IMG/VR virus record: IMGVR_UViG_3300038479_000056
Coordinates: 1 to 54,380 of that record
Reading direction: 5' to 3' (one strand)
Length of the DNA stretch: 54,380 bases
Source of the DNA: a virus
Lineage: Duplodnaviria; Caudoviricetes
Shown here: positions 18,617-28,336 of the stretch, piece after piece
Numbering within the stretch: position 1 is the stretch's first letter
How the letters are laid out: every line of letters begins with the position of its first letter
The notes under the pieces: generated by a model
What the model saw: the letters and a program-made list of their open reading frames with translations, nothing else
What the model was told of the DNA's origin: nothing
Database searches by the model: none
Program-made: the position numbers and the translations under genes

Positions 18617-18976
18617 GTGGCCTGTGATCCAGCAAGCCTAGTGGCGGAAAGCGACTGCATCAATTGTAGTCTCAGCCACAAACAAATCCTGGCCGCGTTG
18701 CTGTACGTGGCCGCAACCGCAGCAAGTATGAGCACAAACCCGTCAACTTTGGTGGCTGAATCGGCCTGTATCCGATGCGCCATGACCGAGAAACAAATCC
18801 TGGCCGCGCTGCTCTATGTCACGTGCGCCGGGGGCGGGAGCGGAGGCGGGGGCAGTGCCGCCCCAGATTCCATTAGTTACGCCGGGCCTCCCATCGTGAA
18901 TCCGCCCGCTCTAGCTTATGTGGTCGTCGATTCTAATTACGTGCAGTGGCAATATGGGCCTAACGGTTGGCAATAA
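18617..18976 (+). CDS. Cys-rich putative virion protein with internal duplication
   Basis: LVAESxCIxC..KQILAALLYV occurs twice. Confidence 0.65.
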   Translation: MACDPASLVAESDCINCSLSHKQILAALLYVAATAASMSTNPSTLVAESACIRCAMTEKQILAALLYVTCAGGGSGGGGSAAPDSISYAGPPIVNPPALAYVVVDSNYVQWQYGPNGWQ

Positions 18977-18994
18977 TTCTAGGACTAGTACAGT

Positions 18995-20095
18995 ATGAAA
19001 AAATCAAGCCCAATAATTTTCGTCTCTGCGTTGTTCGTGATGGCGATTGTTGTTTCCGTGCTCGCGGCGAGCTACAATTATTACGCGGGAGACTTTCAGG
19101 GTGGAGCGCGGCCATCGACCGTTTCGGAATTGGGTTCAGATGGTGGCTTATCTCTTGGAACGACTGGGCTTGTAGGCGCGGGAAACGCCCACATCAATGG
19201 CGCGGTTAATATTGGCGGGGTTACTTCACTGACTAACGGTTTGAATTTCATCACTGACGGCTTTTCTGATGGCATAAATTTTCCGCAAACGAGTCACGTT
19301 TACGAGGCCACTCTCGGTGGTGGGGTGCTGAACATTTTCGGCAATAACGGGATCATCCAATCTGGCGACGGAGGCGGCACAACCTTCCAAGACTTCATGC
19401 AAATGTCCACCAGCCCGTTCAGAGTTTCGGTTGGGGGACTGGTTTTTGCCAACGGCATCAGTAATGCGCCGACGCAAGGAACAACCAACAACGGCGTCGG
19501 GTTCTACGGCAACGGGGCTGGTATCACCAACACGCCGCTCCCGCCACAGGCCCTGACGAATGGACAACTGAATCAAGTCAACCTTCAAGGGCCGGTCTGG
19601 AACACCAACTCCGAGAATTTTTGGACGGCCAACCAAGGTTTAAATTTTTACAACTACGGCAATAACTCATGCACTATATCCGAAAACAACAACAGCCAAC
19701 TCAAGATAAGCTCCTACGCCCAGATGCAATTGTCAGCAGGCGGGGCTGGCGTCAATGTTAATACTGAGGACACTTTTACGGCGACAACTATACAGTGCAA
19801 CCCCACCAGCGGCAATGGAGGCATTGGCTCCTTTTGCACCATAGCCAACATTAGCTCTGTCAACGCCGCCGGCGTGACCAACACCAGCGGCATTAACTGG
19901 ATCGGAAACATCACCGGAACCAGCGGAACGTATGTGCTGTACAACCGCGGAGGGGCGTCGGGTGGGACGGCGGCGGCGACCGCCGTTTGGACGAACACCA
20001 TCCTGCCCACCGGCGCGTCTTTCATTTTGCCAGCTAATTGTGGCCTCCAAGTTGTGACGGGCGTGGGTGTGACAATTCAATACATCGCTTTTTAA
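18995..20095 (+). CDS. G/N/T-rich fibre-like protein with signal peptide
   Basis: MKK + hydrophobic core + VLA; FYGNGAGITN motif. Confidence 0.6.
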   Translation: MKKSSPIIFVSALFVMAIVVSVLAASYNYYAGDFQGGARPSTVSELGSDGGLSLGTTGLVGAGNAHINGAVNIGGVTSLTNGLNFITDGFSDGINFPQTSHVYEATLGGGVLNIFGNNGIIQSGDGGGTTFQDFMQMSTSPFRVSVGGLVFANGISNAPTQGTTNNGVGFYGNGAGITNTPLPPQALTNGQLNQVNLQGPVWNTNSENFWTANQGLNFYNYGNNSCTISENNNSQLKISSYAQMQLSAGGAGVNVNTEDTFTATTIQCNPTSGNGGIGSFCTIANISSVNAAGVTNTSGINWIGNITGTSGTYVLYNRGGASGGTAAATAVWTNTILPTGASFILPANCGLQVVTGVGVTIQYIAF

Positions 20096-20098
20096 TTT

Positions 20099-20506
20099 AT
20101 GAAAAAAAAACTCATTCTGTTGCTGTTGCTGGCTTGTTCTGCGCGCGCGCAAACGAACACGCCAGCCCCGCTCTCGCGCACCAACACCCTCAAACTGACC
20201 TGGCAATATCCCTACTCCGGGCTGACGACCAATCTCGGCTTTATCATTTACGGGACCACGAACCTGACGCTGCCGCAGACCAATTGGCCGGTCTATATGA
20301 CGGTGGGTGTGATCAACAATTATCAGCAGGCCGGGCCATTCGCCAATTTCGCGGTGCCCATTGCCCCCACCAACACGGCCCTGTTTCTGACGATAGCGGC
20401 CTCCAACCAGACCGGGGTGACGGTGTTTATGACGGGCACCAATTACCCGGCGCTGGATCCGCAACTGCTGGACTTTGCCGGTTTAAACATTACCGTTACT
20501 CCGTGA
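20099..20506 (+). CDS. Exported beta-rich protein
   Basis: MKKKLILLLLLACSARA-Q Sec signal; LTW..FIIYGTTNL. Confidence 0.65.
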   Translation: MKKKLILLLLLACSARAQTNTPAPLSRTNTLKLTWQYPYSGLTTNLGFIIYGTTNLTLPQTNWPVYMTVGVINNYQQAGPFANFAVPIAPTNTALFLTIAASNQTGVTVFMTGTNYPALDPQLLDFAGLNITVTP

Positions 20507-20889
20507 GCGATGCGGACCCGACAACGAGGGAACTGGCGATTGAGATTGAGCACGGGAAAGAAGTGGTGAATCTGCGGGTGAACGCTCTGACGGCCAGGCT
20601 GGACGCTTCCGACAAGGCCATTCGGGTGTACGAAACGTCGATGCAGGAGTGGAAAGCCAGCCATAACGAATGGAGGAAGTCACTGGAAGATTCCCGGAAG
20701 GACACTTTGAGCCGGTCCGAGGTCAATGCGAGATTTGAAATAATCATGGCCCGTGTGGACTCGCAAGAGAAATCCATCAATGAAAACCGGGGCCGGGCCA
20801 CCGGCTACAACGCCAGTTGGGGAATTTTAATAGCCATTCTAAGCTTGCTCTTTGCAGCTTGGCTTGTAGTGGTTGAAATGAAGAAGTAA
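20503..20889 (+). CDS. Coiled-coil protein with C-terminal TM helix (holin/antiholin-like)
   Basis: GTGA-coupled start; WGILIAILSLLFAAWLVV. Confidence 0.55.
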   Translation: MSDADPTTRELAIEIEHGKEVVNLRVNALTARLDASDKAIRVYETSMQEWKASHNEWRKSLEDSRKDTLSRSEVNARFEIIMARVDSQEKSINENRGRATGYNASWGILIAILSLLFAAWLVVVEMKK

Positions 20890-20904
20890 ACGAAAGGAAA
20901 AATT

Positions 20905-21147
20905 ATGAATTACCTGATGCTGGCGGAAGTAGGCGGCGGTGGAGTAGTCAAGCAACTGCTCTATTTGCTCTTGGTGATTGTGTGCTGCTTGATCGTATGG
21001 TTTCTCGGCAAATACGCCTTTCAGGTCTTTGAAGCGCCCCCGGTGTTTCTCAAGATTTGGACGTTTTTGTTCGTGCTCATCGCCGCGATTGTGCTGATCA
21101 ATTTTCTGCTGGGGCTGGGTGGGCATCCATTCCTGCCGACATGGTGA
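20905..21147 (+). CDS. Small two-TM membrane protein (holin candidate)
   Basis: Two hydrophobic helices; AAAGGA RBS. Confidence 0.6.
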   Translation: MNYLMLAEVGGGGVVKQLLYLLLVIVCCLIVWFLGKYAFQVFEAPPVFLKIWTFLFVLIAAIVLINFLLGLGGHPFLPTW

Positions 21148-21295
21148 TGCGCGCGCGCCCCACAGTCAAAGACGTGATGCGCGACCTGGCCTTGTTGCGG
21201 CGGCTGCCCCCGGTCCGGCCCAGCCCGCGCGCCAAACCGCGCCCCGTAGAACACCGGGGGTTGACAAAGACCGGGCCAAGAGGAAAAGTAACGGG

Positions 21296-21691
21296 ATGAA
21301 GAAATTTCTCCATGATCTGGCCGTGTGCGGGGCGGTCTGTGCGGCCACGGTGGGTTTGATGGCCGGGTTTGAAGGTTGTTCCACCAATACCGTTACCACC
21401 GCTTCGACCGTCAACGGCGTCCTTGTCTTGGGCGTGGACGGATCCATGCAAGGTTGGGCACTCTACGTTAATGGCAATACCAACGTGCCTGACTCTGAAA
21501 TTCTGGCCGTCTCCAATCTTTACAGTGCCTATTACTCCGGGGAAGTGGCCCTGTCCAATGCCTTTACCGCGTATGCGGCCAGTCCCGGCACCAACACTCA
21601 GGCGGTGGTCACAGCCGCCAGTTCGACTGTCGGAACGGTCGGAACCAACTTGATCAGCGCCATCAAGGCCTACAGCGTCACGACTAAATAA
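21296..21691 (+). CDS. Putative lipoprotein
   Basis: MKK..hydrophobic..AGFEG-C lipobox-like motif. Confidence 0.55.
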   Translation: MKKFLHDLAVCGAVCAATVGLMAGFEGCSTNTVTTASTVNGVLVLGVDGSMQGWALYVNGNTNVPDSEILAVSNLYSAYYSGEVALSNAFTAYAASPGTNTQAVVTAASSTVGTVGTNLISAIKAYSVTTK

Positions 21692-21695
21692 TCTT

Positions 21696-21920
21696 ATGGG
21701 AGCACTCGCACTTACAGTTTTGCAGTTGATCGAACAATACGGCCCGGAAGCGGTCACGGGGATTCAATCGCTGGTGGCCACGCTCGAAAGCGGTAGCACG
21801 TTGACAATCGCTGACGTGGAATCGGCCTTCGCGCCGCTCAAGCCTTACGCGGGTTACAACATTCGACTGGTCAAGGCCACGCCGCCCGCCACTCCCGCGC
21901 CCGCCGCCAAAGCAGCGTAA
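21696..21920 (+). CDS. Small hypothetical protein
   Basis: ORF packing. Confidence 0.55.
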   Translation: MGALALTVLQLIEQYGPEAVTGIQSLVATLESGSTLTIADVESAFAPLKPYAGYNIRLVKATPPATPAPAAKAA

Positions 21921-21961
21921 GTTATAAATTCAGGTGAATTTGAACAAGTGGAAGAATATTG

Positions 21962-22282
21962 ATGACAAATTCCTCGTTCATTTTCGATCCGCAAGCGTTG
22001 CAAACGCAAGTCAACGCCCTTCCTCCAGCCTGGCAGCATTACGTCGTCATGGGCATCATGGCCCTGATGGTGCTGGGGCGCATCCTGTCCTCCCCCACCA
22101 GCCCCGTAACGGCCCTTAAGAGCGTGTTCCTAGGAAGCGTTCACTCGATTTTGCCCAAGGGCACTACGACCACCACGCCGTTGCAACTGCCGACTCAGAC
22201 CGTCGTGGCCGCTACCACCACAAAGGCGGCAGTACTCCCGGTGACTGTCACTCCCAGCGGGCCAGCGCAGATTTCTAAGTAG
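21962..22282 (+). CDS. Single-TM hypothetical protein
   Basis: YVVMGIMALMVLGRIL. Confidence 0.55.
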   Translation: MTNSSFIFDPQALQTQVNALPPAWQHYVVMGIMALMVLGRILSSPTSPVTALKSVFLGSVHSILPKGTTTTTPLQLPTQTVVAATTTKAAVLPVTVTPSGPAQISK

Positions 22283-22286
22283 GCCC

Positions 22287-22826
22287 ATGACCCATTTTAA
22301 TATCACCGTTAACGTAACCCCGAAAGAAATTGAAAAACTTATGACTTCGCTCCAAAGCCTTACAGTGGCTATCAATGGCCTTCAAACCGCCGTAGCCCTC
22401 ATTCCCGCTGGCGCACCTGTCGCTGGCGATCCCGGCGCCACCGCCGCGCAAGTCACGGCAGCGGCCACGGCCATTGCCGCGCAGACTGCGATTTTGACGG
22501 CGGATGTCGCTGGCTCGACTACGCCGCCTGGAGTGCCGCTTGCGCCGACCGGAGTCGCTGCGGTTTCCAACGGTGGAGGTTCCGTTACGTTAAGTTGGAC
22601 ACCAGTGAGCGGGGCCACGAGCTATATCATCGAACAGAGTTTAACCTCCGGGGCAGGGTTTGTCCCCGGCACCAGCATCCCCGCGCCAGCTGCGACCACG
22701 CCGCCATCACTAGTGTCGGCTACCGTTTCCGGCTTAACCGTTGGCACGCCCATTTTCTTCGACGTTTTTGCGGTTTCGGCTGCCGGAACCAGCGTGTCGT
22801 CTGCGGAAGTTACCATTGTGCCTTAA
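22287..22826 (+). CDS. Fibronectin type III domain protein
   Basis: PLAPTGV..VTLSWTPVSGATSY..VSGLTVGT..FDVFAVSAAG. Confidence 0.75.
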   Translation: MTHFNITVNVTPKEIEKLMTSLQSLTVAINGLQTAVALIPAGAPVAGDPGATAAQVTAAATAIAAQTAILTADVAGSTTPPGVPLAPTGVAAVSNGGGSVTLSWTPVSGATSYIIEQSLTSGAGFVPGTSIPAPAATTPPSLVSATVSGLTVGTPIFFDVFAVSAAGTSVSSAEVTIVP

Positions 22827-22839
22827 GCAATTTGCGTTG

Positions 22840-23646
22840 ATGACCCCGCTTTTAACGGCGGCGGATTTGGAATTGGCCCGTGAGATGGCCTACTATTCCG
22901 CCGCCGCTTATCCCACCGCGCCGTATGCGGATGGGGCGCATCTGACCCTCCTGGGCGGTGTGGATGCGGTCTGGATGGTCAACGGCCAGTTTTCCGCGTT
23001 AGTTATCACCGATCACAGCATCGTGCTCGGCGGGCGCACGACCTTGGCGGTAACGGGTACGCGCAACCTCGCCAATTTCATCACGGACGATAAGTGCGTC
23101 CAGACGCCCATTGACTACGCCCGCAAGCTCAAGGTACAGGTGGGGTTCAACGAAGGCTTGGAGGCACTCTGGCCGCGCGTGGAGACCCTTTTAAAACGTC
23201 TCAACACCGCGCAATTTTGCCTGACCGGGCACAGTTTGGGCGGCGCTATCGTCCGGATGATCTCAGCCAAGATGGCCCTCAACGATTATCCGCGGCCTGA
23301 CGCGATTGTGACCATAGGCGAGCCGCGCAGCCTGAACCAATACGGGGCGGATTTGATGGATGACTTGGGACTGTACTCCCGCCGCTGGGTCAACAAGCTG
23401 GACATTGTGCCGCGCCTGCCGTTAATCACGCTGCTGCCGCCCCGCCACCTGTTCTGGCACTGCGCTCATAGCATCTGGATGGAGCCTACGGGCGGGTTGG
23501 AAGTGGACCGGCCTTGGTGGAAGAAGATCAAGTCGGACTTGGCCGGGTTACGGATGGAATGGGCATTGCGGAATTTGTCGCCTTTGACGGGGGACCATTC
23601 ATCGGCCCGATACGTGGCGGCACTGGCGTCGGCGGTGCTGGTTTAA
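22840..23646 (+). CDS. Class 3 lipase (alpha/beta hydrolase)
   Basis: TGHSLGG, TIGEPR, VNKLDIVPRLP, DHS..Y. Confidence 0.85.
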   Translation: MTPLLTAADLELAREMAYYSAAAYPTAPYADGAHLTLLGGVDAVWMVNGQFSALVITDHSIVLGGRTTLAVTGTRNLANFITDDKCVQTPIDYARKLKVQVGFNEGLEALWPRVETLLKRLNTAQFCLTGHSLGGAIVRMISAKMALNDYPRPDAIVTIGEPRSLNQYGADLMDDLGLYSRRWVNKLDIVPRLPLITLLPPRHLFWHCAHSIWMEPTGGLEVDRPWWKKIKSDLAGLRMEWALRNLSPLTGDHSSARYVAALASAVLV

Positions 23647-23688
23647 GACCGCGTTGACAAAGGGTCTCTGCAAGAGCAGGTTCACGTT

Positions 23689-24387
23689 ATGAGTGCTCGA
23701 TTATGCCGCGATGCCGTGCCGCTGAACACGCAATGTCCTTCACAAAATCCTTTTTCCAATTTAAGTTCCGAAGCAGAGGACGACCTGGATTATTTGAGCA
23801 CGTATTGGGCTTATGGCCCTGATGGCGGTGTGCCGCCATTTGGCCAGCCCTGGACGGCCCTCTCTTGCGGCGTCACCTACATTTCTCAGATTTCCCAACT
23901 TGACGCGAATTTGCAGGCGGCGGCGGCGGCGATGAATTGCGCGGGTAATAAGACAACTCCGATTCCGCCCGCGACGCCGAGCAATCCAAGCGGTCAGTTG
24001 TTCTTCAACGAACCTCAAACCTATTGTGTGTCGTGCCCGTTTCCGCCTGGCGGATTAAGTTGTTTTACCGTGCTGGCTGGGCTGTTTCAGGGCATCAATC
24101 AAGCTCAGGCGAACGCCTTTGCTTATGTGCAGGCTCAAATATGGGCGGTGCAATACATGTTCTGTTTTGGGGCGTGCCCGCCACCGGGAGAGGTCGGAGT
24201 GCCGTATTTGTTCCAACTGACAGCCAGCGGCGGAACCCCTCCGTACACGTTTTCCATCGCGGACGAAGGCGGAACGCTGCCAGACGGCCTGAGCTTGAGT
24301 TCGAGTGGGCTTATTTCGGGCACGCCGACAACGGCAATGGCGTTGAACGAAATCACTTTTAGCGTTAGCGATTCAGGATTGTTCTGA
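23689..24387 (+). CDS. Cys-rich protein with putative Ig domain
   Basis: GEVGVPY..LTASGGTPPYTFS..LPDGLSL..GLISGTPT. Confidence 0.75.
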   Translation: MSARLCRDAVPLNTQCPSQNPFSNLSSEAEDDLDYLSTYWAYGPDGGVPPFGQPWTALSCGVTYISQISQLDANLQAAAAAMNCAGNKTTPIPPATPSNPSGQLFFNEPQTYCVSCPFPPGGLSCFTVLAGLFQGINQAQANAFAYVQAQIWAVQYMFCFGACPPPGEVGVPYLFQLTASGGTPPYTFSIADEGGTLPDGLSLSSSGLISGTPTTAMALNEITFSVSDSGLF

Positions 24388-24400
24388 CCCAAAATTCATC

Positions 24401-25549
24401 ATGTTGACGGCCACTCTGCAATGTAATTTGCCTGTTTTGGCGGCGCCGCTGTCACAAAACGACACCGGGATCGACCAGGCTGTTTATGTTCCGGCGGCGG
24501 GGGCGCACCCGGCTTTCATCGCGGGCGTGCGCGGCGGTTACGTGTTAAAATTCGATCCGGGCACTGGCGCATATCAAAGTGCGGCCCGGTTCTGTTCGCC
24601 CAATTTCGGGGACGGCGCCATCTGCTACGACTCGGACCACGACAAGTTGATTGCGAGCTTTTGGAATGAGCAAAGTGCAAAATCTGAGTCGCATGACGCG
24701 CGGGGGCTATACAAGATCAATCCCGCGACTCTCGCGGTGGAATTGTTTACTTCCAGCGCCTCTTTGGGAACGAACATTCCAGAGGCCATTCACAATCTGC
24801 TTTATTTCAACGCCACGGCAGCCGCCGCTTCGAGTAATCCCACCAGTGCCGGGCTTTGGGCGGCTGCGCCTAATTTGCGGCAGTTCGATCCGGTGACATT
24901 CCTTCCCGGCACAGTTGATCCTGGGCCGGTTGCGGCTGGGGCTTATTATCCGATTTGGACTGATTTGGCGATGGACCTGAACCATGGCAACGCTTTCCAA
25001 ACCGAGCCGATCACGCAAAGGGTTTTGCAGCAGCCTGGCGCCCAGCAATGGTACACGAACACGGCCGGTTCTCCTCACGCCAACACTAGTGGCAATTTCG
25101 ACGCTTACGGCGTATGTGTATTTCTGCCTCCGGCATCTTCTCAATCATTACTCAACTTCTTCTATTACTACTCCATCCTTTACATCACGACCAGAGACGG
25201 GAAAGTGTATTATTACGCTACCAACACGCCTTATTTGACGCCCACATTCGATGCATGGAACCCAATAACTTTGCCGACTTCGACTGTGACGCCGGTGGCG
25301 TACCACATACGTTACAACCCGTTCAACGGTAAGATTTATGTGCCCGATGTCGCGGGCAACCAGGTGTACGTCATCGCGCCGAATTGGGACATTGCATCAA
25401 TCGTGCCGTCTCCTTACTACACGCTCACAGTCACTAACCCGATTACGGCCACCTATACAGGGTTTGATTCGCCGATAGACGTGGTTTTCACTCCATCGGG
25501 TTCTTTTGCCGTGCAACAGGGTTTGGTGGGCTTGAAACAATTTGAATAG
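24401..25549 (+). CDS. Beta-propeller (YncE-like) protein, paralog 1
   Basis: IRYNPFNGKIYV..NQVYVI. Confidence 0.65.
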   Translation: MLTATLQCNLPVLAAPLSQNDTGIDQAVYVPAAGAHPAFIAGVRGGYVLKFDPGTGAYQSAARFCSPNFGDGAICYDSDHDKLIASFWNEQSAKSESHDARGLYKINPATLAVELFTSSASLGTNIPEAIHNLLYFNATAAAASSNPTSAGLWAAAPNLRQFDPVTFLPGTVDPGPVAAGAYYPIWTDLAMDLNHGNAFQTEPITQRVLQQPGAQQWYTNTAGSPHANTSGNFDAYGVCVFLPPASSQSLLNFFYYYSILYITTRDGKVYYYATNTPYLTPTFDAWNPITLPTSTVTPVAYHIRYNPFNGKIYVPDVAGNQVYVIAPNWDIASIVPSPYYTLTVTNPITATYTGFDSPIDVVFTPSGSFAVQQGLVGLKQFE

Positions 25550-25557
25550 GAAATCAA

Positions 25558-26544
25558 ATGCTAGACAGTGCTGTTTATATCCCGCCAGACGACTTCGGCA
25601 ATCCCGCTTTCATTGTGGGTGTGCGCGGCGGCTACATATTCAGATTTGACCCGGCTACTTTCGCGTTACTGAGTTCGGCTCGGTTTTGTTCTCCCAGTTT
25701 CGGAGATTCCGCCATCTGCTGGGATTCGCTCAACAACAAGGTCATTGTCAGCTTTTGGAATGAGCAAAGTTCGGCGACTGGCCGTGGTCAAACGCCTTCC
25801 ACTGATACTCAGGATGCGCGGGGTCTGTATAGGATTAATCCCACCAGCCTTGTGACGGAACTATTTGCTTCGAGCGCCTCTTTGGGAGCGACCCCGCCCC
25901 AGGGCATTCACAATCTGGTTTACTCTCATCCTCTTGGCGACAACGTTTATTCAGGTTCGCCTCAAATATCGGTGTTTGATTCACACCTGCTTACCGGCAC
26001 CTGTTCGGCTCCTTTGGCTTATTATCCGATTTGGACTGATGTGGCAGTGGACGAGGTTAATGGCTTTGCTTATGCAACTGATCCTATTGGTCAGGCGATT
26101 AACGTCATTGCGACCACTCCTCCTGGCGCCCTTTCTCCCATCAGCACCGCGGGTTTCAACCCTTACGGAATATGCGTGGTTCCAAACCCAGTCCCGGCTT
26201 TTTCCGCGCAACCTTGGCTCTACGTCACGTCCAGGAGCGGAACGGTTTATTGGTGGCAGATAGGGGTCAGCAGCGCGTGGACCGGAATATCTTTGGGAGT
26301 AACGTACCCCATGCCGACACCGTTGCCGTATCATATTCGTTACAACCCGGTGGACGGGCTTGTTTATGTGCCCGATGTCCAAGGCAACGAGGTGTTCGTC
26401 ATCAACCCGGCCACTAAAACGGTTGTAGCCACCTATCCGACGCCGTACACCGCGCCGCTGGACTCGCCCATAGACGTGCTTTTCACCCCGACCAACGTCA
26501 TGGCCGTGCAACAGGGAATAAATGGTTTGGTGCTAATAAAATGA
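25558..26544 (+). CDS. Beta-propeller (YncE-like) protein, paralog 2
   Basis: Shares blocks GVRGGY, ARFCSP, SFWNEQS, YYPIWTD and DSPIDV with paralog 1. Confidence 0.65.
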   Translation: MLDSAVYIPPDDFGNPAFIVGVRGGYIFRFDPATFALLSSARFCSPSFGDSAICWDSLNNKVIVSFWNEQSSATGRGQTPSTDTQDARGLYRINPTSLVTELFASSASLGATPPQGIHNLVYSHPLGDNVYSGSPQISVFDSHLLTGTCSAPLAYYPIWTDVAVDEVNGFAYATDPIGQAINVIATTPPGALSPISTAGFNPYGICVVPNPVPAFSAQPWLYVTSRSGTVYWWQIGVSSAWTGISLGVTYPMPTPLPYHIRYNPVDGLVYVPDVQGNEVFVINPATKTVVATYPTPYTAPLDSPIDVLFTPTNVMAVQQGINGLVLIK

Positions 26545-26996
26545 TTATCAATGGCAATGATTTAATCTTCCAGGCTTTGGATCAAGTGCAGCGCAAGTTG
26601 AAATTGACTGGCGGCACCAACGGCACGAATGGAACCAACGGCACCAACGGCACCAACGGCATCGGGGCGGTGACAACCGTGGTGGCCATGTCCAACATCG
26701 CGGCTTTCTCCGTTGTGACTTCGGACGGCGTGCCAGCCAACAGCGGCACGGTGGGGCAAATCGGAACGGTGATTGGGATTGCGTTGGCGGCCATTGCGAC
26801 GGGTTTTTCAGGCCCCGTCCAGACGGCGGGCGCGGTCACAAATTTAAGTTGGACATGGGTGGCGGGAGACGTATTGTTTCTCAATGGGACAAGCCTTTCA
26901 ACGATTGCGCCTAGTGCCGGATTCGTGCAGGCCATCGGCACGGCGCAGAATTCATCGACCGTGGTGCTTGATCTTGGCATCCCAATTTTACTCTGA
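26541..26996 (+). CDS. Putative virion fibre/cement protein with collagen-like (GTN)n
   Basis: GTNGTNGTNGTNGTNG; C-terminal domain related to the next gene. Confidence 0.6.
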   Translation: MIINGNDLIFQALDQVQRKLKLTGGTNGTNGTNGTNGTNGIGAVTTVVAMSNIAAFSVVTSDGVPANSGTVGQIGTVIGIALAAIATGFSGPVQTAGAVTNLSWTWVAGDVLFLNGTSLSTIAPSAGFVQAIGTAQNSSTVVLDLGIPILL

Positions 26997-27003
26997 ATAA
27001 TTT

Positions 27004-27489
27004 ATGGCGATTCGCGCTCCACTCGTTCTAAATGCCGGCCAAATTCAACAGCTGCAAAGTTCGGATACGCTCAACGTGCCGATCTATTCCGGCGGCGATG
27101 TCATTGTTCAGACCAACAGCAGCGGTTCGCCGATTGTCTGCGGCACGCCGGTCTATACCAGCAGCGCCGACAATGTGGCCCCCGCTGAAGCCAATGCCGT
27201 GGGCACCACTTTCGTCATGGGTTTGGTTCAGGCTACGAGTATTGCAGGTTCGGCTTCGGGCAACATCCAGGTCAACGGCATCTTGACGCTGACCACGACC
27301 CAGTGGAACACGGCTTTTGGCACGGCGTCCGGTTTGACGCCGGGCACAACTTACTTTCTGTCGGCTACGACTGCGGGGCTGGGAACGGCCACGGCACCTT
27401 CGACGACGGGCCAGTACGTCACTCGGCTCGGCATCGCGCTCTCCACCACGGAGTTGCTCATCAACATCTCGCCACCTATTCTGCTATGA
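27004..27489 (+). CDS. Putative capsid fibre/cement protein
   Basis: GLTPGTTYFLS..G..TATAPS..GQYVTRLGIA. Confidence 0.6.
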   Translation: MAIRAPLVLNAGQIQQLQSSDTLNVPIYSGGDVIVQTNSSGSPIVCGTPVYTSSADNVAPAEANAVGTTFVMGLVQATSIAGSASGNIQVNGILTLTTTQWNTAFGTASGLTPGTTYFLSATTAGLGTATAPSTTGQYVTRLGIALSTTELLINISPPILL

Positions 27490-27680
27490 CGCGCACCGTA
27501 TTAGTGCTGGACAGCTTGGGCAACACGCAACAGTTGCAGAGCAATGATTGGACCCGGCAAGACGTGAGAATGGACGAGCTTGAGGCTAACTTGTCCGCGC
27601 TGGGGATGTTTCTCATGCTGCAAGGGTTTGAAATCCCGGAAGAACTGGCTAATAACTTGGAATTAACAGATACCGTTTAA
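27486..27680 (+). CDS. Small hypothetical protein
   Basis: ATGA-coupled start. Confidence 0.5.
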   Translation: MTRTVLVLDSLGNTQQLQSNDWTRQDVRMDELEANLSALGMFLMLQGFEIPEELANNLELTDTV

Positions 27681-27684
27681 TTTT

Positions 27685-28332
27685 ATGAATGTCGCCATTC
27701 TTGGACAAGTCGGCCCGCAGATTTTGTCGGACGGAACCATGCCGGTTCTACGCGCGTCGAAAACGGGCGAACTGGTCGTCGCGGAACTGCACGGCAAATA
27801 CGCGGAGCAGACTTATCGCGGCAACGTGTTTTGGGCGACCATGAGCGTGGGCGTTATTTTCCCCGCGCCCGGTGCGTTCTTCGCCCTTCCCATGACCCTT
27901 ACCAACCCCGCCGGGAGCGGCAAGAACCTGAATTTGATTTCATTTGACATGGTTTTCACCGCCATTCCCGGCACGCCGTTGACCGGCCTCTACGGCCTCT
28001 ATGTCAACAGTCTGCCCACGGCGGCCGCCGTCACCGGCACGGCCATACCCGTCCAGCCGGGCTTGATCGGCTCTGGTTACCAACCCGTTGGACGCGCCTG
28101 GTCAACGTCCACCTTGCCATCCGCCGCGACTTTATTGCTTCCATTCGCCACCAAAGTAACGGGCGAAGTTGCGGCGGTGGTTCCGATTTTAGGCGAATCT
28201 TCTTATCACATTGATTTTGACGGGCGAGTTGCGCTGGCCCCTGGCACCTCCATCACGCCGCAAATGACCGCAGCCGATACCACCAACGCCTCGGTGCTCT
28301 GCGCGTTTTGCTGGGAGGAAGTCTTAATTTAA
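27685..28332 (+). CDS. Putative virion protein
   Basis: Beta-rich composition; structural-module context. Confidence 0.55.
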   Translation: MNVAILGQVGPQILSDGTMPVLRASKTGELVVAELHGKYAEQTYRGNVFWATMSVGVIFPAPGAFFALPMTLTNPAGSGKNLNLISFDMVFTAIPGTPLTGLYGLYVNSLPTAAAVTGTAIPVQPGLIGSGYQPVGRAWSTSTLPSAATLLLPFATKVTGEVAAVVPILGESSYHIDFDGRVALAPGTSITPQMTAADTTNASVLCAFCWEEVLI

Positions 28333-28336
28333 TTGT

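Noticed and set aside
24401-26544. Diversity-generating retroelement
   Set aside because: No reverse transcriptase; paralog differences are not adenine-restricted
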